Below, one piece after another: positions 1 to 10,600 of a DNA stretch of 64,000 nt. Every line of letters starts with the position of its first letter. Position 1 is the first letter of the stretch. Below the pieces are notes generated by a model. That model was not told where the DNA came from and searched no databases. It saw only the letters and a list, made by a program, of their open reading frames with translations. This DNA comes from an uncultured Polaribacter sp. (GTDB taxonomy: Bacteria; Bacteroidota; Bacteroidia; Flavobacteriales; Flavobacteriaceae), in the NCBI GenBank assembly GCA_943788045.1, contig CALSOT010000005.1, positions 12,789 to 76,788 of the forward strand, written 5' to 3'. The position numbers were made by a program, and so were the translations under genes.

Positions 1-476
1 TTTGGTTTCTCTACTATTCCGTAGTTTGAAAACTTTTTAAAAGGTAAAATATATTTTAACTTGTCATAATTCCAAACAAGGATGTATAGATTGGCAAGTA
101 CCATTAATGGTGATGTTACAAAAGACCCTTCAAATCTAACTGCTAATGATAGTATCCAAATGTTTACAATTATTGGGAAATATAGTAAAGCACCTAATGT
201 TACAGTTCTGGGTATTATCAATAAAATAGCTGCAAGGACTTGAGCAATCCCAATGGATGTGTAATAATAACCTGTATGATGTAAAGCTTCAAGATAAGCT
301 CCCATTGGATGGATAATAGATAGTCCACTAGCGAATCTTTCCCCTAAAATTTTCACCATTCCTGCAACAATGAAAGCGTAGGCTAAACTTAATCGACAAA
401 AAATTGAAAATAACCAATACCACCTATTTCCTTTTATTTTTATATAAAATTGGTCGAATGTAGTTAAAGAGTTCAA
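1..476 (-). CDS. Multi-pass membrane protein, DoxX-like (partial, runs off the window start)
   Basis: Open minus-strand frame with no stop down to position 1. The translation (...CRLSLAYAFIVAGMVKILGERF...GIAQVLAAILLIIPRTVTLGALLYFPIIVNIW...) is strongly hydrophobic. The start is uncertain (TTG at 476 or ATG at 359). It is absent from the supplied ORF track because the window edge truncates it. Confidence 0.35.
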   Translation of the reverse strand, partial: MNSLTTFDQFYIKIKGNRWYWLFSIFCRLSLAYAFIVAGMVKILGERFASGLSIIHPMGAYLEALHHTGYYYTSIGIAQVLAAILLIIPRTVTLGALLYFPIIVNIWILSLAVRFEGSFVTSPLMVLANLYILVWNYDKLKYILPFKKFSNYGIVEKP

Positions 477-618
477 TTAATTGATGATGTTTTAAATTAC
501 GTACAACTAGTATATATGCTTATGTTATATCAGCATATCTTATCTTTTTGGCAGGATAAGCTGATGTTTTATGTTATTATTTACAACTTCGGTTTGCTAG
601 AATAAATGTAATTTTTTT

Positions 619-1734
619 CTATAGTTCATCAAAGGGATTTTTAATGTTTTTAAGACTAGTTTGTGAAACGTGCGTATAAATCATTGTTGTTTTCGGACTG
701 CTGTGTCCTAATAATTCTTGAATATATCTGATGTCTGTTCCGTTTTCTAATAAATGCGTTGCAAAGGTGTGTCTGAGCGTATGTAAAGTAACTCGTTTAG
801 TGATTTTAGTGTTTTTTAATGCTTTCTTTAACACTGCTTGCGCACTAGTGTTGCTGTATTTCTTTCCATGCTGTCCTTCAAATAGTAAAACTTTAGGTTT
901 ATAAGCTAAATAATATTCTCTAAGCAGCTTTAAAAATGAATGAGATAACAATGTGTATCTATCCTTCTTTCCTTTTGCTTGTTTAATATGAATTAACATT
1001 CTTTTACTATCAATATCCTCAATTTTTATACTCAATGCTTCCCCAATTCTTAGTCCGGCAGAATACAATAGGCTTAACAAAGTTTTGTGTTTAAGGTTCG
1101 TTATATTATTAAAGATCGCTTTAACCTCTTCAACACTTAAAACCGCTGGTAAGCTCTTTTTTTTCTGAGGTCTTTCTATATTTAATAAATTAACGTCTAT
1201 TTCTTTAAATAGAAAAAACTTTTTAATTCCGTTAATGCATTGATTTTGGTAAGATATAGATCTGTTTGCTTTAAATATAAAATCATAGTTAAACTGTTCA
1301 ATTAATTTTATTGAATAATTTTCTGACTTTTTTAGTAAACTATAACGAAGGAAGTATGCCGTTACTTCTACATAAGTGTGCACAGTATTATTACTCAACC
1401 TTTTTTGTTGCAACCATCTTTTAAATTTAGATAGTTCTAATGTTAAGCTATCCGTTAAACTGGGTAATACTAATGTGTATTTATCTTTTGATGAAGTTTT
1501 AACTTGTTTTTTTAAGTTTTCATAATTAACGAACCATTTTTTTAGTCGGATATGGTTGTATACTAAACTTCTGTTTTCGTATGAATCTTCAGTATAAAAA
1601 GACTTTAAAGTTTGACTCCATTTTATTTGGGGTAATAATTTTAAATGACTTTTTACTTCCTTGTCGTAAGGAAAATCAATCATAACAATATTAGTACCCT
1701 TGTGGGTGTTGGTGAGTAATGTAATAGATTTCAT
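619..1734 (-). CDS. Tyrosine-type site-specific recombinase/integrase (Bacteroidetes type)
   Basis: The C-terminal catalytic region is LRIGEAL...HTLRHTFATHLLENGTDIRYIQELLGHSSPKTTMIYTHV (R..HxxR..Y signature). The N-terminus MKSITLL..IDFPYDKEVKSHLKLLPQIKWSQTLKSFY resembles the arm-type domain of flavobacterial integrases. ATG at 1734 is preferred over the track start at 1776. Confidence 0.85.
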   Translation of the reverse strand: MKSITLLTNTHKGTNIVMIDFPYDKEVKSHLKLLPQIKWSQTLKSFYTEDSYENRSLVYNHIRLKKWFVNYENLKKQVKTSSKDKYTLVLPSLTDSLTLELSKFKRWLQQKRLSNNTVHTYVEVTAYFLRYSLLKKSENYSIKLIEQFNYDFIFKANRSISYQNQCINGIKKFFLFKEIDVNLLNIERPQKKKSLPAVLSVEEVKAIFNNITNLKHKTLLSLLYSAGLRIGEALSIKIEDIDSKRMLIHIKQAKGKKDRYTLLSHSFLKLLREYYLAYKPKVLLFEGQHGKKYSNTSAQAVLKKALKNTKITKRVTLHTLRHTFATHLLENGTDIRYIQELLGHSSPKTTMIYTHVSQTSLKNIKNPFDEL

Positions 1735-2090
1735 AGCAACAACTAAAGTAATCAAATTATACTGAACCAAAGTCATATATGAATATTTTAAAAACGTTTT
1801 TAAAAGGTGTTTATAATTGCAAAAAAGAGATGATCACGTTTATGAGAGAGTTATACTTTTTTAAAGGCTTTTATTTTTTGTTTGAATAAAATATTTCAAA
1901 GGGCTGTAGTTTCGGTTGCCTTGGAAAAAGATAGTCACTTCGCACACCATTAATTTTTTTTAATAATATGTTGTAGCCTCTCGCTACTGTTTATTTTTAC
2001 TTATTACTCATGTTTTGTGGGGGTTAGGTTTGTGTATTAATTTTTTACAATCTTAATAGAAAAAATATATGTTTCTATTAAAATCTATGT

Positions 2091-2098
2091 TATATTTG
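2091..2098 (+). promoter_or_regulatory. Candidate Bacteroidetes -7 promoter element (TAnnTTTG) for tRNA-Asp
   Basis: TATATTTG lies 18 nt upstream of the tRNA 5' end and matches the Bacteroidetes sigmaA -7 consensus TAnnTTTG. No clear -33 TTTG was seen. Confidence 0.4.
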
Positions 2099-2115
2099 CA
2101 ACCGCTTTAAGCAAC

Positions 2116-2189
2116 GGTCTGGTAGTTCAGTTGGTTAGAATACCTGCCTGTCACGCAGGGGGTCGCGGGTTCGAGTCCCGTCCAGACCG
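2116..2189 (+). tRNA. tRNA-Asp (GUC)
   Basis: Acceptor stem GGTCTGG/CCAGACC, anticodon stem-loop CCTGCCTGTCACGCAGG (GTC), T-arm GCGGGTTCGAGTCCCGT. Confidence 0.9.
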
Positions 2190-2194
2190 CGAAA

Positions 2195-2223
2195 ATCACT
2201 TCATTTATGGAGTGATTTTTTTG
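2195..2223 (+). terminator. Rho-independent terminator after tRNA-Asp
   Basis: Hairpin ATCACTTCA-TTTA-TGGAGTGAT followed by a T7 run. Confidence 0.7.
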
Positions 2224-2460
2224 TTAAAAGACTTTTTTTTAGGTACTTGAATTTGAAATTTTGATAGATAAAATTATCGTTTAAAAAAGTAGCCGACTTC
2301 TCAGAATATTATGTTTATGGTTGAGTAGAATCGTAACAATTTCGTTTATAATTTCTCTTTTCTTTGTCTTGTTCTTACGAGCTATTTTATGGCATGCAAT
2401 TCCTGAATAAAAAACAGGAATTAACTTTTTTTTATTCTTGATTTTTGAACTGTTATAAAG

Positions 2461-2513
2461 GGGGTGAATAAACAAAAAAAACCGTAGCAAATTAATGTTA
2501 CGGTTTTTTGTAC
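2461..2513. repeat. Left copy of the ~50-bp direct repeat bracketing the PUL block
   Basis: GTGAATAAACAAAAAAAACCGTAGCAAATTAATGTTACGGTTTTTTGTAC (2464-2513) matches 41019-41068 at 49/50 positions by manual alignment, in the same orientation. It contains an A-run/hairpin/T-run terminator-like structure. Confidence 0.85.
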
Positions 2514-3077
2514 ACTCTATTGATTTGTTTTCGAACCTAACCATCGATATATTCAAAAAGTTGACTACGCAAAATTTTTATTAAGACCTCAATCGAAAAA
2601 AATATTCCCAAGAATAAAAGTTATTGTTGGGAATAATATATACACTATATTGACTATTATTGCTGAACCAGACCACTGTTTTATCTTCTATATTTTTAAA
2701 AATAAAATTGCGTTATTTTTTTGGTGTCTAAATTAATAGCTTCAGATATCTCATTTGCTATATCTTTATTTAACTCTTCTATTCTTTTCAGTAGTAATTG
2801 AACTTTCTGAACCAACTTGAAAAGTTTGACAAAAAGTTAAAATTGGAAGTAGAACACAAAAGCTTTATTTATCATGTATCAAATTAAACAATAAAAAGTT
2901 GTTTACAATATTATTTTCCAATAAATAATAAGCAATATTAGGTATTAAGAGTTAAATTTTTGTCAGTATGCGAATCACATGAATAAGTTTATTAATTGAC
3001 ATTTTTTGTACAAATCAGAACATACAAACAAAAAAAAAACAAAAAAATCAACTTATTTTGTATCTAAACTTAACTGT

Positions 3078-4439
3078 ATGAAAAAATTAATTTGTTTAGT
3101 TATTTTCTGTTCTATGACATTAAATATGTCGGCACAAATAAATTCAGAAACAAAGGCTGAAAAAATGGAGCGGATGGAGTGGTGGACAAAAGCGCGCTTT
3201 GGGATGTTTATTCATTGGGGGCTATATTCCTTGCCAGCTAGACATGAGTGGGTAATGAGTAATGAAAAAATGTCAAAAAAAACATATGAAAAATACGCTA
3301 CTTATTTTAACCCGGAGTTATACAACCCAACCCAATGGGCCAAATTAGCCAAAAAAGCAGGGATGAAATATGTAGTTTTTACTGCAAAACATCATGATGG
3401 GTTTACGATGTATGATTCAAAATATACAGATTACAAAGTTACCAACACACCCTACGCAAAAGATGTAATGAGGGAGCTGGTAGATGCTTTTAGAGCAGAA
3501 GGAATTCGGATTGGACTATACTATTCTCTGATTGATTGGCACCATCCTGATTTTTTGGTAAAAGACCCTATTCATCCAGAAAAAAATAATAAAAAAGAAC
3601 TAGCAAAAGACTCAAGTCGAGACCTTAAAAAATTTCAAAAGTATTTAAAAAATCAGTTAACAGAAATCCTTACCAATTACGGACAAATTGATATTTTATT
3701 TACCGATTTTTCTTATCCGCAAAAAGAAGATGGAAAAGGAAAATCATATTGGAATTCAGAAGACTTATATAAACAGATTAGAAAACTTCAACCGCAAATT
3801 ATAATAAATGATCGACTCGATTTAAGAGAGGAAGGTGGCTGGGATTTTATGACGCCCGAACAGTTTATGCCAAAGCAATGGGTTACCTATAATGGAGAAA
3901 AAGTGCCTTGGGAGACTTGTCAAACTTTTTCTGGATATTCCTGGGGTTATCACAGAGATGACCGCTCATGGAAGAGCACAGAACAAACTATTGTCATGCT
4001 GATTGAAACAGTTAGTAAAGGGGGTAATTTATTATTAAATGTGGGGCCAACCGCTAGAGGTGTAATACAATCTGAAGCTGTCGATAGGCTTGAGGCTACA
4101 CACCAATGGATGAAATATCACGATCGTTCTATTTATGGTTGCACAGCTGCGCCTGCGGAGTTTGAAAAACCAGATAATTGTTTATTAACATACAATCCTG
4201 AAACAAATAGGCTTTATGTGCATGTGTTAGAATGGCCGTTTAAAACAATTTATCTTCCTGGCTTAGCCGATAAGGTCGCTTATGCACAAATATTAAATGA
4301 TGGATCAGAACTTAAACTGAAGACAAAAAAAGGAGCTTGGTTGGATGATGTTAAAAATGATGATAATGGCCTAACTATAACAATTCCTGTAACAAAACCA
4401 AATGTAGAAATACCTGTTATTGAAATTTTCTTGAAGTAA
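3078..4439 (+). CDS. GH29 alpha-L-fucosidase, secreted
   Basis: Signal peptide MKKLICLVIFCSMTLNMSAQ. GH29 motifs ARFGMFIHWGLYS and FTAKHHDGFTMYDS. ATG at 3078 is preferred to the non-ATG track start at 3006. Confidence 0.85.
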   Translation: MKKLICLVIFCSMTLNMSAQINSETKAEKMERMEWWTKARFGMFIHWGLYSLPARHEWVMSNEKMSKKTYEKYATYFNPELYNPTQWAKLAKKAGMKYVVFTAKHHDGFTMYDSKYTDYKVTNTPYAKDVMRELVDAFRAEGIRIGLYYSLIDWHHPDFLVKDPIHPEKNNKKELAKDSSRDLKKFQKYLKNQLTEILTNYGQIDILFTDFSYPQKEDGKGKSYWNSEDLYKQIRKLQPQIIINDRLDLREEGGWDFMTPEQFMPKQWVTYNGEKVPWETCQTFSGYSWGYHRDDRSWKSTEQTIVMLIETVSKGGNLLLNVGPTARGVIQSEAVDRLEATHQWMKYHDRSIYGCTAAPAEFEKPDNCLLTYNPETNRLYVHVLEWPFKTIYLPGLADKVAYAQILNDGSELKLKTKKGAWLDDVKNDDNGLTITIPVTKPNVEIPVIEIFLK

Positions 4440-4457
4440 TTTTTATTTCATATTTGT

Positions 4458-5077
4458 ATGAAGAATAGACCTAAAATTATAGTTTGTATTGTTTTATTGA
4501 TTTTCTTGGCATGCATGGATAAAACTTCAAAAAAAAGTGATTTCAAAAGCGGCAATGACAAGCCAAATATCATACTTATTTTAACAGACGATCAAGGCTA
4601 TGGAGATCTAGGCTTTAATGGCTCAAAAGACATTCAAATAATATGATAAAAGGTAATAATGAGTCTATTAGAGATTATTTATTTACAGAAAATTTATGGT
4701 CTACACACTTTGGCAATCCCCGTTGCGAATCTGTTCAAAATAAACAATGGAAATACATTCGTTATTACAAAAATGAGAATATTTATTCTAAAAATGTTAA
4801 GGTAATCGCAAAAGATCACAACATTAATCTTACCAAGTTATTATATGGCAATTAGGATCCTCAAATAGCTGTTTATGAAGAACTATACCATTTAAAAACA
4901 GACCCAAAAGAAAAAAATAATCTAAAAAATAATCTTGATTATAATAAAGAATTAAAAATTATGAGATTGGCATGGAGGGAAAAAATCAATTATGCACGTG
5001 GAGAGGGTAAAGCAAAAATTTTGAGGTACACGATTGACAGTAAATCAGAAAAAGGGAATATTTCGATGCCTGAGTAA
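4458..5077 (+). pseudogene. S1 sulfatase remnant (internal deletion plus in-frame stop)
   Basis: Only the signal peptide and first sulfatase block ([20 protein letters not shown]) remain. They join directly to a sulfatase C-terminal region (WKYIRYY...EELYHLKTDPKEKNNL). The CxPxR active-site region is missing. There is a frame change near 4643 and an in-frame TAG at 4853-4855. Confidence 0.8.
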
Positions 5078-5133
5078 TTATAATTTAGATTAAAATAGCT
5101 ATCAATAACCAAATAATATAAATACTAACAAAA

Positions 5134-7621
5134 ATGATACGAATTCGCATCAAATTTATCTTGCTAATTTGCCTATTTATGGCTTCTTGTATGACCGTTA
5201 CAGAGAACACAGAGCCTGTTAGTTTTAATGAAGGCTGGAAATTTCACAAGGGTGAAGCTAAAAATGCACAATACTTAAGTTTTGATGATTCTAGTTGGCG
5301 AGATCAAAATTTACCACATGATTGGGCCATCGAAGGACCATTTGACATCCAATACAATGCTCGATGCGGAGGATTGCCATTTCATGGTGAGGGTTGGTAC
5401 AGAAAATCTTTTAATGTCTCCTAAAAATCTAAAAGGGAAACACGTAAGCCTTCATTTTGACGGTGCTATGTACAATGCCAAGATATGGCTAAATGGAGTT
5501 TTAATTGGTAATCGACCAAATGGTTATATAGGTTTTTCTGTAAAATTGAGTGAATACCTAAATTATGGTGGGGAAAATCTCATTGCAGTTCAATTAACTC
5601 CAGAAGATTTATCTTCTAGATGGTACCCTGGTGCAGGAATCTATCGAAACACATGGTTAGAAATAAACAACCCTGTTCATGTTCCTAAATGGGGGACATT
5701 CATTACAACCCCAAAAATAACGGATGAATTAGCTAATATTAATATTCAAACAGAAATTGAAAATACCACATCAATAAATAAGATTATTACAATTCAGACT
5801 ATAATTTATTCCAAAGAAAACCAAGAGCTGAGTGCTATTTCTGAAGCTATTTCTGTGAACAAAAATGAAATATCCATTATTAACCAAAGTACCGAAATAG
5901 CAAACCCCAAATTATGGGATTTACAATCACCCTACCTCTACAGAGCTGAGACAAAACTATTTGAAAAAGGGAATTTAATTGACACCTACAATACCACATT
6001 TGGTGTTCGTACAATTAATTATGGAAGTGACTTTGGATTTAAATTGAATGATAAATCTACTAAATTTCAAGGGGTCTGTCTTCATCATGATCTAGGGCCT
6101 TTGGGGACTGCTGTAAATAGAAGAGCAACCGAACGTCAATTAGAAATCATGCAAGATATGGGAGTAAATGCAATTAGAACAAGTCATAATCCTCCATCCC
6201 CAGAACAAGTGCAACTATGCGATGAAATGGGATTGATGATTCAAATAGAGGCATTTGATATGTGGGAAAAACCAAAGGTGGAAAATGGATACAGCAAAGT
6301 TTTTAATGAGTGGCACAAACAAGATTTAAGAGATATGATTCGTGCTTTTAGAAATAGCCCTTCTGTTGTCATGTGGAGTATCGGTAATGAAATTTTAGAA
6401 CAAAGTGATAAAATTAATGGAAAACGTATAGCAAATGAACTAGCAATGATTTGCAAACAGGAAGACCCAACTCGACCTACCACCGCAGGTTTTAATTATT
6501 ATCCAGCCCCAATAAAGAATGGTTTAGCAAGTGCAATAGATCTTGTTGGGTGGAATTACAAGCCAAGAAAATACGCAGAAATTACAGAGCGACATCCAAA
6601 CTGGATAATTTATGGCTCTGAAACATCAAGCACTGTAAGCAGTCGTGGGGTCTATCATTTACCTATAGAAAAATATGAGCTTCATGAATCATTACAAATT
6701 ACAAGTTATGACATAATTGGTCCCCCTTGGGCCTACCCACCTGATATTGAGTTTGAATCTTTAGAAAATAATCCGAATAACTTAGGAGAATTTATTTGGA
6801 CTGGATTTGATTATTTAGGCGAACCAACTCCCTTTGGAGGGAAAGACAACTCAACAAACGGTTACTGGAATGGTGATTGGCCAGCAAGAAGCTCCTACTT
6901 TGGAGCGGTGGATTTGTGTGGTTTACCAAAAGACCGGTTTTATCTTTATCAAAGTCAATGGACTAAAGACCCTATGGTTCATGTACTTCCACATTGGAAT
7001 TGGGAAGGCATGGAAGGAAAAGAGATCCCTGTTTTTTCTTACACCAATTGTGATGAAGTAGAGTTATTTGTCAATGGAAAATCATATGGGAAAAAAATTA
7101 AGGGAATTGACAAAACACCTATTCCAATTAATTTTATTGATTGGGAAGGTGGCAGATACCAAGGCGATTTCATGTCTCCCTATCGATTGCATTGGAAAGT
7201 TCCATATCAAGCAGGCGAACTTAAAGTTGTAGGTTACATTGATGGAAAAAAAGTTACAGAAAAACAAATAAAAACTGCAGGAAAACCTGCTAAAATAGAA
7301 CTCATTGCAGATCGTAACCAAATCAAATCGGATGGCGAAGATATGGTATTTGTAACCGCACGTGTAGTAGATAAGGAGGGTAATTTGTGTCCAAATTCAG
7401 ACAATCTCATAGAGTTTGAGATTGAAGGGGAAGGCGATATAGTAGCTGTAGGAAATGGTAATGCAGCGACCACAGAGTCATTTCAATCAAGTAAGCGCAA
7501 AGCTTTTAACGGCCAGTGTATGGTCTTTATCAAAGCATCTAAGCAGCCTGGATACATAAATTTAAAAGCAAGATCAGAGGGGCTTGCTAAACAACAAGTT
7601 CAAGTTCAAACAAAAAAATAA
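5134..7621 (+). pseudogene. GH2 family glycosidase (beta-galactosidase-like) interrupted by a frameshift near 5400-5424
   Basis: The N-terminal 96-aa ORF (signal peptide, FNEGWKF, LPHDWAIEGPF, GWYRKSFNVS*) continues in another frame as SPKNLKGKHVSLHFDGAMYNAKIWLNG... with NAIRTSHNPPSPE and WSIGNE. This is either a true frameshift or a sequencing error. Confidence 0.75.
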
Positions 7622-7634
7622 TCAATTAAACTCC

Positions 7635-10600
7635 TTAGGTTTGTTTCTTTTTTTTGATGAACTCTGTAGGGGTCATTTTAAACAAAACTTTAAAAGATTG
7701 TGAGAAATAAGAAGGAGTATTAAATCCTGTTTTGTACATGCACTCTTTAACACTATAGCCTTTTGATAAAAATTGTGCTGCTAATTTCAATCTATAATTT
7801 CTTAAAAACTCAGTTGGCTTTAGCCCTGTAATTGATTTTACTTTATTAAAAAAAGAGGTTCTACTCATTCCGTTAAGATTGGAAAACTCTTGGACGGTAA
7901 AACTTGAGTTATCAATATTATCTTTTATGATGTTAATGATATTTTCAACAAAAACTTCATCCAGTGATGAAATATTAACTTTTGAAGGTTCAAAATTGAG
8001 GTTTTTAAATTCATTATGTGTCATTTTTCGGTTATTCAACAAAGAGGTCAATTGTGTTTTCAAAACTTCGAGACTAAAAGGTTTTGTCAAATAAACATCC
8101 GCACCAGATTTTAAACCTTCAATTTTAGATTCATCATTGGCTCGAGCCGAAAGCAAAATAATTGGAATATGACTTGTTTTTATGTTATTCTTTAGGGTTT
8201 TAGATACTTCAATTCCGCTGGTGCCGGGCATCATAATATCGCTAATTATAATATCGGGAAGTTTTTCTAAAGCTAATTCAATACCTTGCTTACCGTCGGT
8301 GCTGCCCATAGTCAAATAATGCTGACTAAGCTCTGAGGTTAAATAATGGTATATTTCGAGATTATCTTCAATAATTAGCAAACTCGGCTTATCCTTGAGA
8401 TTAGAATGATCTTTTTGTTGCTGATTAATTAGATCTAAATTATCATGATGATCCACCTTAGAAATAATAATTTCATTATTTTCGATCATCTGCTCGTTTG
8501 TTAAATGTGTATTCCCTAAAGGAAGCAAAAGTGTAAAACAACTCCCTTTTTGATACTGGCTCATCACTTTAATCTCTCCACCATGAAGCTTAGCTAGATT
8601 CTGAGAAAATGAAAGCCCAATTCCAAAACCTTCATTTTTTTTATTTTGATTATCAGATTGATAAAAGCGATTAAAAATAGTATTTACATCAGATGATTTA
8701 ATTCCTATCCCATTATCTTCTACATATATTTCAATATGCCCTTCTGGATAATTAGATTTTTGGAGATTAAGCTCTCGCATGCCTATAGTAATGCTTCCAC
8801 CTTTTGGAGTGAATTTTATAGCATTTGAAAGTAAGTTGTGGATAATTTTTTCGATGATATTAGCGTCTGTCCATGCAAATATCTTTTTCTCATTGAAATT
8901 ATATCCTAAATTAAGTTTTTCTTGTTCAGCCTTGGTTTGGAACTGCTCTGTTACTTTTTGTATTAAGTTAACCAAATTAATGTGAGTACATTTTAATTTG
9001 ATTTCCCCCTGTTCTAATTTCCTAAAATCTAAAAGTTGTTTTATCAATGCTAGAAGATAATCAGAATTGCGCTGCATGGTTTTGTAAAGCCTAATTCTTT
9101 CTTTTTTCTGAAGCTTATCACCTTGTTTTATTAACTTTTCGGCAGGGCCCAAAATAAGAGTTAATGGAGATCTAAGCTCATGAGATATGTTGGTGAAAAA
9201 CTCTAATTTTACTTTATTAATTTCTTTTTCTTTTTCTTTTTCTAGTCGATTAAATTCTAGTTTTCTTTTTCTTTTAATCTGAATAATGAAAATCCTTGTT
9301 AGAAGGTAAATTATAAGTAAAAAAGATAGAAGATATAATGTTTTTGCCCCTAATGTAAAATACCAGGGTGGTAATAAGGTGAGGTGTACTTTTGCTGGTT
9401 TTTCAGACCAAACGCCTTTATTATTGCTTCCGTATACTTTAAACACATAATCGCCGGGTTTTATGTTGGTATACTTAGCAACACGAAAGTCGGAGTTAGT
9501 TGCTATCCAGTTTTCATCAAAGCCTTCTAGAATATATTTATATTTATTAAATTCAGAATCATTAAAATGAAGAGATGAAAAACTAAATGAGAAATTATTG
9601 ATATTGGCATCCAAGGTGATGTGGTCTGTATGAGCTATACTTTGATCTAAAATTATTTTACCGTCAATTTCCTCAAGAGGCTTTACCGTCTCATACAGAA
9701 TACTAAAATCAGTGATCAAAATTCGAGGAGGAATATTACTTTTTTTGTTTGATAATGAAGAAAATACATTGATTCCATTTACCCCACCAAAGACTAACTC
9801 TCCATTTTTTCTTTTCAAGGCCGAAATTTCACTCATCTCTGGGTTTTGAAGCTCATTTGTTGAATACGTCTCAAAGCTTTCTTTTTTCGGATCAAACCTT
9901 ACCAAACCTGTATTAGTACCTACCCATAAAAAACCGTTGTCATCCTCTTGTATAGAGTTAATAACATCATTAGGGAATTGCTTGTTTTGGGTGTTGTATC
10001 GCTTAAACCCAATGACACTTAGCTCTTTATTTCTAATTAATTTATTAAGCCCACCACCGATTGTACCGATCCATAGGGTTTTATTTGTGCTTTCAAAAAT
10101 TTGTAGGGTATAATCGCTTCCAATGCTATTATCATTGGAAGGATCAAATCTGAAAGAATTAAAATAACTTTTAGTAATATCTGTACTATTTTCAATTAAT
10201 TTATTTAAACCATTGTTGGTAGTAATCCAAAGAACTCCAGTGGCATCTCTGTATATGTCTCTAATAATTTTTCCTGGAAATTGAATTTTTTTATCGTCAG
10301 GATTTATAAATGAAAAATACGGCTTGCTTTCTGGTGTATCCCACTCTGCTAGCCCAAGGCCAGATCCATAGTACCCAATCCATAACCTATTTTTACCCTC
10401 ACTAAATATGGAATGAATTGCTAAGGTTTTTACATTACTACCATCATTAACAGGATTGTTAAATTTTTCAAATTTGAAATCTTTTGATGTATCGTTTTTA
10501 TTAATAAACAATTTATTTAATCCACCATTCTCAGTCGAAAACCATAAAATAGAGTGATTTTTATCAATAATATTTTCAGAAATTGAAAAAATATTGTTAG

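Noticed and set aside
2530-2537. TTCGAACC just right of the left repeat, considered as a possible tRNA T-arm remnant (a duplicated tRNA-Leu 3' end)
   Set aside because: The flanking bases do not form a T-stem or an acceptor stem, and there is no further similarity to tRNA-Leu. It is probably coincidental.
2281-2556. 91-aa minus-strand ORF between tRNA-Asp and the PUL
   Set aside because: The translation is low-complexity and Lys/Ile/Asn-rich, with no recognisable motif. It overlaps the left direct repeat and its terminator hairpin. It is most likely a chance ORF in AT-rich intergenic DNA.
3006-3077. N-terminal extensions of track ORFs (3006, 11963, 20141, 24234, 25814, 47665, 57366, 59705, 62423, 11840, 1776)
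   Set aside because: The extensions start at non-ATG codons or precede an internal ATG followed directly by a typical signal peptide or a conserved N-terminus. Some overlap upstream genes or terminators. The shorter starts are used in the feature list.
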